Source of the DNA: a virus
Taxonomy: Duplodnaviria; Heunggongvirae; Uroviricota; Caudoviricetes
Length of the DNA stretch: 28,860 nucleotides
Strand: one strand, 5' to 3'
IMG/VR virus record: IMGVR_UViG_2547132417_000005
The translations under genes and the position numbers were made by a program. The notes below the pieces were generated by a model. The model searched no databases. It was not told the DNA's origin and worked only from the letters and a program-made list of their open reading frames with translations. Positions 1 through 11,867 of this stretch are shown here, piece by piece (within the stretch, counting starts at the first letter, position 1; each line of letters opens with the position of its first letter).

Positions 1-233
1 CAGCGGAAAGAGCGCTTCGTGCAGTCTGTCTCGGAAAGAAAAATTACGTGTTCTTCGGTAGCGATCACGGCGGCGAGCGTGGAGCACTGCTGTACGGGCT
101 GATCGGCACCTGCCGTCTGAACGGTATCGATCCGGAAGCGTATCTGCGCCATATTCTGAGCGTACTGCCGGAATGGCCCTCCAACCGTGTTGACGAACTC
201 CTGCCATGGAACGTAGTACTCACCAATAAATAA
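1..233 (+). CDS. IS66-family transposase, C-terminal fragment (5' end lies outside the window)
   Basis: Frame is open from the window start to TAA at 231-233. Translation ...LGKKNYVFFGSDHGGERGALLYGLIGTCRLNGIDPEAYLRHILSVLPEWPSNRVDELLPWN resembles the conserved C-terminus of IS66-family TnpC transposases (recalled, not searched). Confidence 0.8.
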   Translation, partial: AERALRAVCLGKKNYVFFGSDHGGERGALLYGLIGTCRLNGIDPEAYLRHILSVLPEWPSNRVDELLPWNVVLTNK

Positions 234-263
234 GCGTCAATACGGTGCTCCGTTGACGCTTAC
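1..263 (+). mobile_element. IS66-family insertion sequence, right end (partial element)
   Basis: Transposase 3' end followed by a palindromic terminal segment TAAGCGTCAA...TTGACGCTTAC ending about 263 (IS66-type ends read ...CGCTTAC / GTAAGCG...). The exact boundary is an inference. Confidence 0.55.
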
Positions 264-758
264 AAGGACTGCTGGCAAACGCCGCTTTGGCTTTTTGATG
301 CACTGGATATTGAGTTTGGATTCTGGCTGGATTCGGCAGCGAGCGACAAAAATGCTCTGTGTGCTCACTGGCTAACTGAGGCCGACGACGCGCTCAATTC
401 TGAGTGGGTAAGCCACGGTGCAATCTGGAATAACCCACCGTACAGCAATATCAGGCCGTGGGTGGAAAAAGCCGCTGAGCAGTGCATACAACAGCGACAG
501 ACGGTAGTTATGCTTGTGCCAGAGGATATGTCAGTCGGATGGTTCAGCAAGGCTCTGGAGAGTGTCGACGAAGTTCGCATTATCACTGATGGACGGATTA
601 ATTTTATCGAACCATCGACAGGGCTGGAGAAGAAGGGAAACAGCAAAGGCTCCATGCTGCTGATTTGGCGACCGTTCATCAGTCCTCGACGGATGTTTAC
701 TACCGTATCCAAAGCGGCATTGATGGCGATCGGGCAGGGCGTCAGGAGGGCGGCATGA
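264..758 (+). pseudogene. Phage N6-adenine DNA methyltransferase (Dam-like), N-terminally truncated at the IS66 junction
   Basis: Open frame ...KDCWQTPLWLFDALDIEFGFWLDSAASDKNALCAHWL...AIWNNPPYSNIRPWVEKAAEQ...VVMLVPEDMSVGWF...RINFIEP contains the NPPY catalytic motif. No ATG lies between the IS end and the motif; the first in-frame start (GTG at 462) is downstream of NPPY. Confidence 0.7.
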
Positions 759-931
759 GGCGACAGCGACGAAGTTTCACCGACATCATCTGCGAAAACT
801 GCAAATCCCTTCCAACGAAACGCTCCAGAAATAAACGCAAGCCAATCCCAAAAGAATCTGACGTAAAAACCTTCAATTACACAGCTCACCTGTGGGATAT
901 CCGGTGGCTAAGATATCGTGCGAGGAAATGA
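755..931 (+). CDS. ninE: NinE-like small protein
   Basis: ATG at 755 overlaps the methyltransferase stop (ATGA), with AGGAGG 5 nt upstream. Product [58 protein letters not shown] matches my recollection of lambda NinE. Confidence 0.75.
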   Translation: MRRQRRSFTDIICENCKSLPTKRSRNKRKPIPKESDVKTFNYTAHLWDIRWLRYRARK

Positions 932-933
932 CA

Positions 934-1275
934 ATGGATTATTCACAGTTAAGTGATTTTGAAATTAACAGAATGGTAGGAGACATAATTTTTAAAGGCC
1001 TTTGGGCAAGTAAACCGGAAACATCAGGGAATAACACCAACAAATGGTATTACGGAAATGCTGATACAACTTTTGAGCCATTAAATCATTTGCCTGACTA
1101 CTGCAATGATCCGAGCGCTTCATGGCCGATTATTGAGAAATACAGGATTTCTATCTTAGACCAGTTAACTGAATGGTGTGTGGATGCAAAAGGCGTAAGC
1201 CCAATATTTGATACCAGACCTCTCCGCGCCGCCATGATTGTCTTTCTCCTGATGCAGGAGGCCAATAATGCTTAG
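934..1275 (+). CDS. Hypothetical nin-region phage protein (113 aa)
   Basis: ORF in the track (892-1275); the internal ATG at 934 has GAGGA 7 nt upstream. Tightly packed between ninE and the next gene. No family assigned with confidence. Confidence 0.55.
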   Translation: MDYSQLSDFEINRMVGDIIFKGLWASKPETSGNNTNKWYYGNADTTFEPLNHLPDYCNDPSASWPIIEKYRISILDQLTEWCVDAKGVSPIFDTRPLRAAMIVFLLMQEANNA

Positions 1276-1462
1276 CCCATCTCAATCCCTTCAATACCTG
1301 AAAGGAAGCATAGAGCGGGCTTCAATGTGCACAGAGTGGATTCTATCTAGGTTTAGCGCATACAGAAGATTGCCGGTAAAGGGCATGCCAAGCAAGTCGA
1401 TGCTGCATATGCAAAAGAATGCGCGCTGGAAGGTATGGCGAGAACACAGGTTATCTGGCTGA
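1268..1462 (+). CDS. Hypothetical small protein; N-terminus resembles NinF
   Basis: ATG at 1268 overlaps the upstream stop. N-terminus [18 protein letters not shown] resembles NinF as I recall it, but the remainder does not. Function unknown. Confidence 0.4.
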   Translation: MLSPSQSLQYLKGSIERASMCTEWILSRFSAYRRLPVKGMPSKSMLHMQKNARWKVWREHRLSG

Positions 1463-1481
1463 AAGAGGGGGTTATTAAGGC

Positions 1482-1844
1482 GTGAATACCTACAGCATCA
1501 CATTACCCTGGCCTCCGAGCAATAACCGCTACTACCGGCATAATCGCGGGCGCACGCACATCAGCGCAGAAGGGCAGGCATACCGCGATAACGTCACCCG
1601 AATCATTAAAAACGCAATGCTGGATATCGGCCTGGCTATGCCAGTGAAAATCCGTATTGAGTGCCACATGCCGGATCGCCGTCGCCGTGACCTGGATAAT
1701 CTGCAAAAAGCCGCTTTTGACGCACTCACCAAAGCAGGTTTCTGGCTGGATGATGCTCAGGTCGTTGATTACCGCGTTGTGAAGATGCCTGTTACCAAAG
1801 GTGGGAGGCTGGAACTGACCATCACCGAAATGGGGAATGAATGA
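1482..1844 (+). CDS. rusA: Holliday-junction resolvase RusA (crossover junction endodeoxyribonuclease)
   Basis: 120-aa product (GTG start) [36 protein letters not shown]...[33 protein letters not shown] is near-identical to prophage RusA as recalled. Confidence 0.9.
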   Translation: MNTYSITLPWPPSNNRYYRHNRGRTHISAEGQAYRDNVTRIIKNAMLDIGLAMPVKIRIECHMPDRRRRDLDNLQKAAFDALTKAGFWLDDAQVVDYRVVKMPVTKGGRLELTITEMGNE

Positions 1845-1981
1845 TGTTTGAGTTTTATATGGCAGAACTTCTTCGCCACCGCTGGGGGCATCTGCGCTTA
1901 TATCGTTTCCCCGGTTCTGTTTTGACCGATTACCGAATACTGAAGAATTACGCCAAAACCCTGACAGGAGCAGGAGTATGA
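1841..1981 (+). CDS. ylcG: YlcG-like small protein (46 aa)
   Basis: Not in the ORF track (under 60 aa). ATG at 1841 overlaps the rusA stop (ATGA). Product [46 protein letters not shown] matches DLP12 YlcG as recalled, and the rusA-ylcG-Q order is the same as in DLP12. Confidence 0.6.
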   Translation: MMFEFYMAELLRHRWGHLRLYRFPGSVLTDYRILKNYAKTLTGAGV

Positions 1982-2066
1982 AGTCAGAGATAACAATCAA
2001 CTAATACTGTTTTGTTGATTTTTGCTTGTAATTGGCGTTCTGGTCTGATTTTTGTGGAGTAAGTTG

Positions 2067-2450
2067 ATGCGTGATATTCAGATGGTTCTTGAGCGTTGGG
2101 GAGCGTGGGCGGCTAATAATCATGAAGATGTGACCTGGTCGTCCATTGCCGCCGGTTTTAAGGGATTAATTACTTCAAAAGTAAAATCTCGCCCGCAATG
2201 TTGTGACGATGACGCGATGATCATTTGCGGGTGCATGGCCCGTCTGAAAAAGAACAACAGCGATTTGCACGATTTATTAGTAGATTATTATGTAGTCGGT
2301 ATGACATTCATGTCACTGGCAGGTAAGCATTGCTGCTCTGATGGTTATATCGGGAAAAGGTTACAGAAGGCTGAGGGCATAATTGAAGGGATGTTAATGG
2401 CATTAGATATCCGGTTAGAGATGGATATCGTTGTTAATAACTCTAATTAA
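2067..2450 (+). CDS. quuD: Late-gene antiterminator Q (phage 82/DLP12 QuuD type)
   Basis: ATG at 2067 with GTGGAG 6 nt upstream. Product [34 protein letters not shown]...[16 protein letters not shown]... is recognised as 82-type Q. Confidence 0.85.
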   Translation: MRDIQMVLERWGAWAANNHEDVTWSSIAAGFKGLITSKVKSRPQCCDDDAMIICGCMARLKKNNSDLHDLLVDYYVVGMTFMSLAGKHCCSDGYIGKRLQKAEGIIEGMLMALDIRLEMDIVVNNSN

Positions 2451-2475
2451 TACGCCAATTATTTACTAAAAGTTA

Positions 2476-2502
2476 TTAAAAATGGGGCGTTGAAACGCCC
2501 CC
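2476..2502 (-). terminator. Candidate intrinsic terminator for the porin gene (minus strand)
   Basis: Hairpin GGGGCGT-tgaa-ACGCCCC at 2484-2501. On the minus strand it is followed by ATTTTTAA. Confidence 0.45.
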
Positions 2503-2589
2503 AAAAATAAAGGGTAATATATAACAGAAGGTTTGTATAGTTAGAAGCAAGGTTGTGCTTCTAAAGGAAGTGGCTTGAGGGAGCCACTT

Positions 2590-2630
2590 ATATGTTGGGG
2601 AGGCAAAGCCTCCCACAACATATCTTTTAG
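2590..2630 (+). terminator. Candidate late-operon terminator (tR'-like), possibly bidirectional
   Basis: Long near-perfect hairpin ATATGTTGGGGAGGC-aaa-GCCTCCCACAACATAT followed on the + strand by CTTTTAG. It lies downstream of Q and directly after the porin stop on the other strand. Confidence 0.4.
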
Positions 2631-2638
2631 TAATCAAA

Positions 2639-3721
2639 TTAGAACTGGTAAACCATACCTACAGCAACGATATCATCGGTAGCAACGCCAGATGCTTTCG
2701 TGAAATCGCTCTTATCAATCAGGTTGATTTTGTAGTCAACAAAAGTGGACATATTTTTGTTGAAGTAATAGGTTGCACCTACATCAACATATTCAACCAG
2801 GTCCTGATCACCCCAAACACCCAAGTCTTTTCCTTTAGAATGCAGGTAAGCAACGGATGGACGCAGGCCGAAGTCGAACTGATATTGTGCAACAGCTTCG
2901 AAGTTTTGTGCTTTGTTGGCAATATGGTTATTACCAAAAACAGTCATGTTCTGGGTTTCAGAATAGGTGGTGGCCAGATAGATGTTGTTCGCATCATATT
3001 TCAGACCAGCTGCCCATACTTCAGCATTTTGACCAGAAGCATTCAGACCGTTGTTACCGTAGATAACCTGATTATTAGTGCGATCAGATTTAGCATAGGT
3101 TGCACCCACGCCGAATCCTTCATACTCATAAGTAGTTGAGAAACCGAAACCATCGCCATTAGCTTCAGTTACTTCATTTCGGTCATTTTTGCCCTGATAC
3201 TGAGCTGCAAAGTTCAGGCCATCAACCAGACCAAAGAAGTCGTTGTTACGATAAGTTGCAACACCTGTGGTGCGACCAGTCATGAATACATCTGTTTGGG
3301 TCCAGGTATCGCCACCGAATTCTGGCAGAACGTCAGTCCACGCACCGATGTCGTATGCTACACCGTAGTTACGGCCGTAATCGATTGAGCCGTAGTCACC
3401 GAATTTCAGGCCTGCAAATGCAAGACGGGTTTTGTCTTTGGAGGAACCTTGAGATTCAGCGCGGTTGCCTTTGAATTCATATTCCCACTGACCGAAACCA
3501 GTCAGTTGATCGTTGATTTGGGTTTCACCTTTGAAGCCAAGACGGGCATAAGTAGTATCACCATCATCTGCATCATTAGAGGAGAAGTAGTGCTTAGCAT
3601 TAACTTTCCCGTACAGATCCAGCTTGTTACTGTCTTTATTATAAATTTCAGCTGCCTGAGCAGACATCGCCATCAGTACTGATGCAGCTACAGCAGAAAT
3701 TGCCACTGTTAATTTTTTCAT
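2639..3721 (-). CDS. nmpC: Outer-membrane general porin, OmpC/OmpF/NmpC (Lc) family, prophage moron
   Basis: 360-aa product with signal peptide [23 protein letters not shown]|AEIYNK, porin-like sequence throughout, and C-terminal ...VGMVYQF (terminal Phe typical of beta-barrel OMPs). Sits between Q and the holin on the opposite strand, as nmpC does in DLP12. Confidence 0.9.
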   Translation of the reverse strand: MKKLTVAISAVAASVLMAMSAQAAEIYNKDSNKLDLYGKVNAKHYFSSNDADDGDTTYARLGFKGETQINDQLTGFGQWEYEFKGNRAESQGSSKDKTRLAFAGLKFGDYGSIDYGRNYGVAYDIGAWTDVLPEFGGDTWTQTDVFMTGRTTGVATYRNNDFFGLVDGLNFAAQYQGKNDRNEVTEANGDGFGFSTTYEYEGFGVGATYAKSDRTNNQVIYGNNGLNASGQNAEVWAAGLKYDANNIYLATTYSETQNMTVFGNNHIANKAQNFEAVAQYQFDFGLRPSVAYLHSKGKDLGVWGDQDLVEYVDVGATYYFNKNMSTFVDYKINLIDKSDFTKASGVATDDIVAVGMVYQF

Positions 3722-4264
3722 CGTGAGCCCTTTTTTTTGAACTATTATTAAAAAATGATGTCACTGCGCGATAAATATTCATCTAATCAATGTGATTATT
3801 TCAAGATGTAAGTTTTAGTTTCTCATTTAATTTGTGAAGTAGATCTCTATTTTTATCTGAACTTTTTCTATCGAAACCTATTTATGGCTCTTATTTGAAC
3901 AAAAATAAACCTATTAGCTAATTTATATTAATGGCTGTTATTTATGGGGGTTCTATAATTCGGCAGTTTAATTTAAATCAACTAAAAATAACCTCTGAAA
4001 TTATTTATTGGTTATTTGTTGAGGTTTTCTTATGTATTTGTGGTGGTGTTTTGAACACTCGGTAGCATTCTCATAAATATCATTCAGTGGTTTACGTACG
4101 TAAAAAATTGGTTATGCTGTTAAGAGTGGTTACTTCGTCACACAGCTTAAACCCGCCGTCGAGCTGGTTTTTCCATTTTTTGAGTCTCGATATTAGCTGA
4201 TAACTCAATACCTGAGTTATTCACTGACTCCGAGTCTGTTACGTTTCTGCTTTTTTGCGATACG
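3722..4264. promoter_or_regulatory. AT-rich intergenic region: porin promoter (minus strand) and leader to the lysis genes
   Basis: About 540 bp of strongly AT-rich sequence with no credible ORF, directly upstream of the porin start. Individual promoter elements were not mapped. Confidence 0.35.
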
Positions 4265-4309
4265 TTGTATTCCCTCAATTTACACCCGCTTTGTCTGCGA
4301 GGTGGGGTT

Positions 4310-4525
4310 ATGAAATCCATGGATAAGTTAACAACGGGTGTCGCCTATGGCACCTCAGCAGGTAGTGCCGGTTACTGGTTTTTACAGCTGCTCGATAAAG
4401 TCACGCCCTCACAGTGGGCAGCAATAGGTGTGCTGGGTAGCCTGGTATTTGGCCTGCTGACGTACCTGACAAACCTTTATTTCAAGATTAAAGAAGATAA
4501 GCGCAAGGCTGCGAGAGGTGAATAA
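4310..4525 (+). CDS. essD: Class II holin (phage 21 S-type pinholin) with dual-start motif
   Basis: Product [74 protein letters not shown] codons at 4310 and 4319 (M1 and M4) give the antiholin/holin dual start. GAGGTGGGG lies upstream. Confidence 0.85.
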
Positions 4526-5022
4526 TGCCTCCATCATTACGAAAAGCCGTTGCTGCTGCTATTGGTGGCGGAGCAATTGCTATAGCATCAGTGTTAATTA
4601 CTGGCCCAAGTGGTAACGATGGTCTGGAAGGTGTCAGCTACATACCATACAAAGATATTGTTGGTGTATGGACTGTATGTCACGGGCATACAGGAAAAGA
4701 CATCATGCTCGGTAAAACGTATACCAAAGCAGAATGCAAAGCCCTCCTGAATAAAGACCTTGCCACGGTCGCCAGACAAATTAACCCGTACATCAAAGTC
4801 GATATACCGGAAACAATGCGCGGCGCTCTTTACTCATTCGTTTACAACGTGGGTGCTGGCAATTTCAGAACATCGACGCTTCTTCGCAAAATAAACCAGG
4901 GCGATATCAAAGGCGCATGTGATCAGCTACGTCGCTGGACATATGCTGGCGGTAAGCAATGGAAAGGTCTCATGACTCGTCGTGAGATTGAGCGTGAAAT
5001 CTGTTTGTGGGGTCAGCAATGA
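4525..5022 (+). CDS. rrrD: SAR endolysin (T4-lysozyme-like muramidase with N-terminal signal-anchor-release domain)
   Basis: Start overlaps the holin stop (TAATG). N-terminal Gly/Ala-rich hydrophobic segment [18 protein letters not shown] followed by a lysozyme-like domain. A pinholin paired with a SAR endolysin is the phage 21 arrangement. Confidence 0.85.
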   Translation: MPPSLRKAVAAAIGGGAIAIASVLITGPSGNDGLEGVSYIPYKDIVGVWTVCHGHTGKDIMLGKTYTKAECKALLNKDLATVARQINPYIKVDIPETMRGALYSFVYNVGAGNFRTSTLLRKINQGDIKGACDQLRRWTYAGGKQWKGLMTRREIEREICLWGQQ

Positions 5023-5456
5023 ACAGAGTAACCGCGATTATCTCCGCTCTGGTTATCTGCATCATCGTCTGCCTGTCATGGGCTGTTAATCATTACCGTG
5101 ATAACGCCATGACCTACAAAGAACAGCGCGACAAAGCCACATCCATCATCGCTGACATGCAGAAGCGTCAACGTGACGTAGCAGAACTCGATGCCAGATA
5201 TACAAAGGAGCTTGCTGATGCTAACGCGACTATCGAAAGTCTCCGTGATGATGTTTCTGCTGGGCGTAAGCGGCTGCAAGTCGCCGCCTCCTGTGCAAAG
5301 TCAAAGACCGGAGCCAGCAGCATGGGCGATGGAGAAAGCCCAAGACTTACAGCAGATGCTGAACTCAATTATTACCGTCTCCGAAGTGGAATCGACAGGA
5401 TAACCGCGCAGGTTAACTACCTGCAGGAGTACATCAGGACGCAATGTCTGAAATAA
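5019..5456 (+). CDS. rzpD: Rz i-spanin
   Basis: ATG at 5019 overlaps the endolysin stop (ATGA). Product [39 protein letters not shown]... has an N-terminal TMD and coiled-coil region, lambda Rz-like. Confidence 0.8.
   Translation: MNRVTAIISALVICIIVCLSWAVNHYRDNAMTYKEQRDKATSIIADMQKRQRDVAELDARYTKELADANATIESLRDDVSAGRKRLQVAASCAKSKTGASSMGDGESPRLTADAELNYYRLRSGIDRITAQVNYLQEYIRTQCLK
5218..5403 (+). CDS. rzoD: Rz1 o-spanin lipoprotein, embedded in Rz in the +1 frame
   Basis: Embedded ORF with AAGGAG 7 nt upstream of ATG 5218. Product [36 protein letters not shown]... has a lipobox-like LLGVSGC and a Pro-rich stretch. Confidence 0.6.
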   Translation: MLTRLSKVSVMMFLLGVSGCKSPPPVQSQRPEPAAWAMEKAQDLQQMLNSIITVSEVESTG

Positions 5457-5487
5457 TTTTTTTGCAAATCACAAAGTCCATTTAATG

Positions 5488-5545
5488 AGCCTCGCGATGC
5501 GGGGCTTTTTTGCAATAAATGCGTACCGCAACGCATGTTTTTTTT
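5488..5545 (+). terminator. Tandem rho-independent terminators after the lysis cassette
   Basis: Hairpin AGCCTCGC-gat-GCGGGGCT followed by TTTTTT (5488-5511), then perfect hairpin ATGCGT-accgca-ACGCAT followed by GTTTTTTTT (5519-5545). Confidence 0.55.
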
Positions 5546-5660
5546 ACACCGAACCTGCCCCTTTGGAATGGGCCTTTGAGGATACCAGTTAGTGCTGGCG
5601 AGCCTCGGTGGGCTGGTTTCCTGTGCGGCAAAGGTTCATTTCAAATGGTAGGTAAACGTT

Positions 5661-6182
5661 ATGAATATCGTGCCACTTAATTACAAAGGTGAAATTGTCA
5701 GTTTCAACACTGATGGTTGGATCAACGTCACAGGTGTTGCTGAGAGATTTGGGAAACGCATTGATAACTGGATGCGTTTGGCAGAAACGCTTGAATACGT
5801 TCGTGCTTTAGACGAAGCGTTGACCGGGAAAGAATCTCAAATTTTACATCCCTCACAATCGAGGTATGTAAAAACCAGCAAGGCACGAAAGGACAGGGGT
5901 GGTGGTACGTGGCTACATCCAAAACTTTCAGTTGCATTTGCCCGTTGGTGTGATGCTCGTTTTGCTGTGTGGTGCGACCTGCACATTGATAGTCTGCTTC
6001 GCGGTGAACTGACTGAGCAGCAGAAATATGAGCAAGCATGTCGCATTCGCGATGACCGGAAATCAAAAGCCAGCAATGGGGCAAGAGAGATGGCTCGCTG
6101 GCGATGGGATAAGCCGGTTATTGAAGCAAATGTTGAGTACTGGCGCGAGCAACTGCAGTTGACTCTCGATATCGCGTGCTGA
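5661..6182 (+). CDS. KilA-N domain protein (phage DNA-binding / antirepressor-like)
   Basis: 173-aa ORF. The motif GGTWLHPKLSVAFARWCDARFAVWC matches the KilA-N consensus as recalled. AGGT lies 7 nt upstream of the ATG. Confidence 0.7.
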   Translation: MNIVPLNYKGEIVSFNTDGWINVTGVAERFGKRIDNWMRLAETLEYVRALDEALTGKESQILHPSQSRYVKTSKARKDRGGGTWLHPKLSVAFARWCDARFAVWCDLHIDSLLRGELTEQQKYEQACRIRDDRKSKASNGAREMARWRWDKPVIEANVEYWREQLQLTLDIAC

Positions 6183-6531
6183 TGGCAAACGCAAAACTGC
6201 GTTATCGAAAAAATCAAAGCATTACTAGAACTGAGCAACGGCTATCCATTACAAAGCCCATCTACGGGTGGGCTTGATAATGGCTTATACCCTGCACGGG
6301 ATAACTTAACTGATATCCCTTTTAACGGATAAAGGCATTCAAGCCTGACACATCATGCGCTGTATCGTCGCCGTATTCCCGTATTAACAGAGACCGTAGC
6401 CCGACGGGGAACTCCTTCTGCGCGAGTGTGCGGGAATAATCAAAAACGATGCACACCGGGGTTACCGGGTACACATATTTCATCATGCCAGCGAGTCCGG
6501 TTCTGGCACGGAAGAAACCGGACGTTATGAT

Positions 6532-6942
6532 TTAGTGCGGAAATATTTGTGTAGTGTTCTGAATGTTCTCAGTAAAGAGTAATGAATTATCAAAGGTATA
6601 GTAATACCTTTTGTTTTCGTGGATATTTGTAATCCATCTGAAAACCCCTGCTGTAGCAAGATTTTTCCTGTATTCGTAAAATGATAACTCTCCTGATTTG
6701 AATCCTTTTAAGGTGGCTTCTATAAGGCATTTATTTTTTGAAAATCTTACATTTACAACCTTACCCTGTCCTTTTATTAAAACCGTATTATCGTTTTCAA
6801 GAACAAGATGAATATTCTCTGTAGCTAAATAGTAAATGTAATGTGAGACATTGTGACGTTTTAGTTCAGAATAAAACCAGTGATAGTTTAAATTATTTCG
6901 CACTTTATCGAATATTTGTTTAAAAATGGCAACCTGAGCCAT
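6532..6942 (-). CDS. ybcV: DUF1398 (YbcV)-like prophage protein
   Basis: AT-rich minus-strand ORF. Product [58 protein letters not shown]...[36 protein letters not shown] resembles the YbcV family as recalled. Start chosen at the second ATG (GGAAGG upstream); the track start at 6957 is the alternative. Confidence 0.6.
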   Translation of the reverse strand: MAQVAIFKQIFDKVRNNLNYHWFYSELKRHNVSHYIYYLATENIHLVLENDNTVLIKGQGKVVNVRFSKNKCLIEATLKGFKSGELSFYEYRKNLATAGVFRWITNIHENKRYYYTFDNSLLFTENIQNTTQIFPH

Positions 6943-6998
6943 TGTAGTACCTTCCATGTGATATGAGGGGCGTAGTCTGCACGATTATCTAAATTGCT

Positions 6999-7232
6999 TC
7001 AATCTGGTCTGATCTGTTTTCTGAGCAATTCAGTAATGTCACTCTTTTCTTTGTTTGCTTCAGGAGAAACTCTTTTTTCTGAGCACAGTCTCCGGCGGCA
7101 GGCTTCAATGACCCAGGCTGAGAAATTCCCGGACCCTTTTTGATCAAGAGCGATGTTAATTTGTTCAATCATTTGGTTAGGAAAGCGGATGTTGCGGATT
7201 GTTGTTCTGCGGGTTCTGTTCTTCGTTGACAT
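6999..7232 (-). CDS. ylcI: DUF3950 (YlcI)-like small protein, also the lambda right-end minus-strand ORF
   Basis: Product MSTKNRTRRTTIRNIRFPNQMIEQINIALDQKGSGNFSAWVIEACRRRL... matches the small gene just upstream of cos in lambda/DLP12 as recalled. Confidence 0.6.
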   Translation of the reverse strand: MSTKNRTRRTTIRNIRFPNQMIEQINIALDQKGSGNFSAWVIEACRRRLCSEKRVSPEANKEKSDITELLRKQIRPD

Positions 7233-7431
7233 GAGGTTGTCCCGTATTTAGTGTCGCTGATTTGTATTGTCTGAAGTTGTTTTTACGTTAAGTTGATGCA
7301 GATCAATTAATATGATACCTGCGTCATAATTGATTATTTGACGTGGTTTGATGGCGTAGATGCACGTTGTGACATGCAGATGATAATTATTATCATTTTG
7401 CGGGTCCTTTCCGGCGATCCGACAGGTTACG

Positions 7432-7443
7432 GGGCGGCGACCT
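7432..7443. other. cos: cosN cohesive-end site (12-nt GGGCGGCGACCT)
   Basis: Exact lambda junction ...GACAGGTTACG|GGGCGGCGACCTCGCGGGTTTTCGCTATTTATG..., 178 bp upstream of Nu1. cos is internal and contiguous, so the sequence is in prophage/circular form. Confidence 0.85.
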
Positions 7444-7620
7444 CGCGGGTTTTCGCTATTTATGAAAAATTTCCGGTTTAAGGCGTTTCCGTTCTTCTTC
7501 GTCATAACTTAATGTTTTTATTTAAAATACCCTCTGAAAAGAAAGGAAACGACAGGTGCTGAAAGCGAGCTTTTTGGCCTCTGTCGTTTCCTTTCTCTGT
7601 TTTTGTCCGTGGAATGAACA
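7444..7620 (+). promoter_or_regulatory. cosB region (terminase small-subunit binding elements and IHF site) between cosN and Nu1
   Basis: Position and near-identity to the lambda left end as recalled. Individual R1-R3/I1 elements were not mapped. Confidence 0.6.
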
Positions 7621-8140
7621 ATGGAAGTCAACAAAAAGCAGCTGGCTGACATTTTCGGTGCGAGTATCCGTACCATTCAGAACTGGCAGGAACAGGGAAT
7701 GCCCGTTCTGCGAGGCGGTGGCAAGGGTAATGAGGTGCTTTATGACTCTGCCGCCGTCATAAAATGGTATGCCGAAAGGGATGCTGAAATTGAGAACGAA
7801 AAGCTGCGCCGGGAGGTTGAAGAACTGCGGCAGGCCAGCGAGGCAGATCTCCAGCCAGGAACTATTGAGTACGAACGCTATCGACTTACGCGTGCGCAGG
7901 CCGACGCACAGGAACTGAAGAATGCCAGAGACTCCGCTGAAGTGGTGGAAACCGCATTCTGTACTTTCGTGTTGTCGCGGATCGCAGGTGAAATTGCCAG
8001 TATTCTCGACGGGCTCCCCCTGTCGGTGCAGCGGCGTTTTCCGGAACTGGAAAACCGACATGTTGATTTCCTGAAACGGGATATTATCAAAGCCATGAAC
8101 AAAGCAGCCGCGCTGGATGAACTGATACCGGGGTTGCTGA

Positions 8141-8166
<26 letters not shown>
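7621..8166 (+). CDS. nu1: Terminase small subunit Nu1
   Basis: 181-aa product MEVNKKQLADIFGASIRTIQNWQEQGMPVLRGGGKGNEVLYDSAAVIKWYAERDAEIENEKLRREVEEL... is near-identical to lambda gpNu1 as recalled. Confidence 0.95.

Positions 8167-11847
<3,681 letters not shown>

Positions 11848-11867
<20 letters not shown>

Noticed and set aside
365-889. 174-aa minus-strand ORF opposite the methyltransferase and ninE
   Set aside because: Antisense to two recognisable + strand genes; no recognisable motifs.
1503-2000. 165-aa minus-strand ORF opposite rusA and ylcG
   Set aside because: Antisense to RusA, whose identity is clear; no supporting signals.
2451-2638. Possible tRNA or small RNA gene in the hairpin-rich region downstream of Q
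   Set aside because: The hairpins are simple stem-loops with U or A tracts (terminator-like); no cloverleaf arrangement or conserved tRNA sequence elements could be traced by eye.
7248-7505. 85-aa minus-strand ORF overlapping cosN and the lambda right end
   Set aside because: Overlaps the cos site in a region that is non-coding in lambda as I recall; low-complexity product; no RBS.
7522-8061. 179-aa minus-strand ORF opposite Nu1 and cosB
   Set aside because: Antisense to the Nu1 gene and cosB; Nu1 on the + strand is unambiguous.
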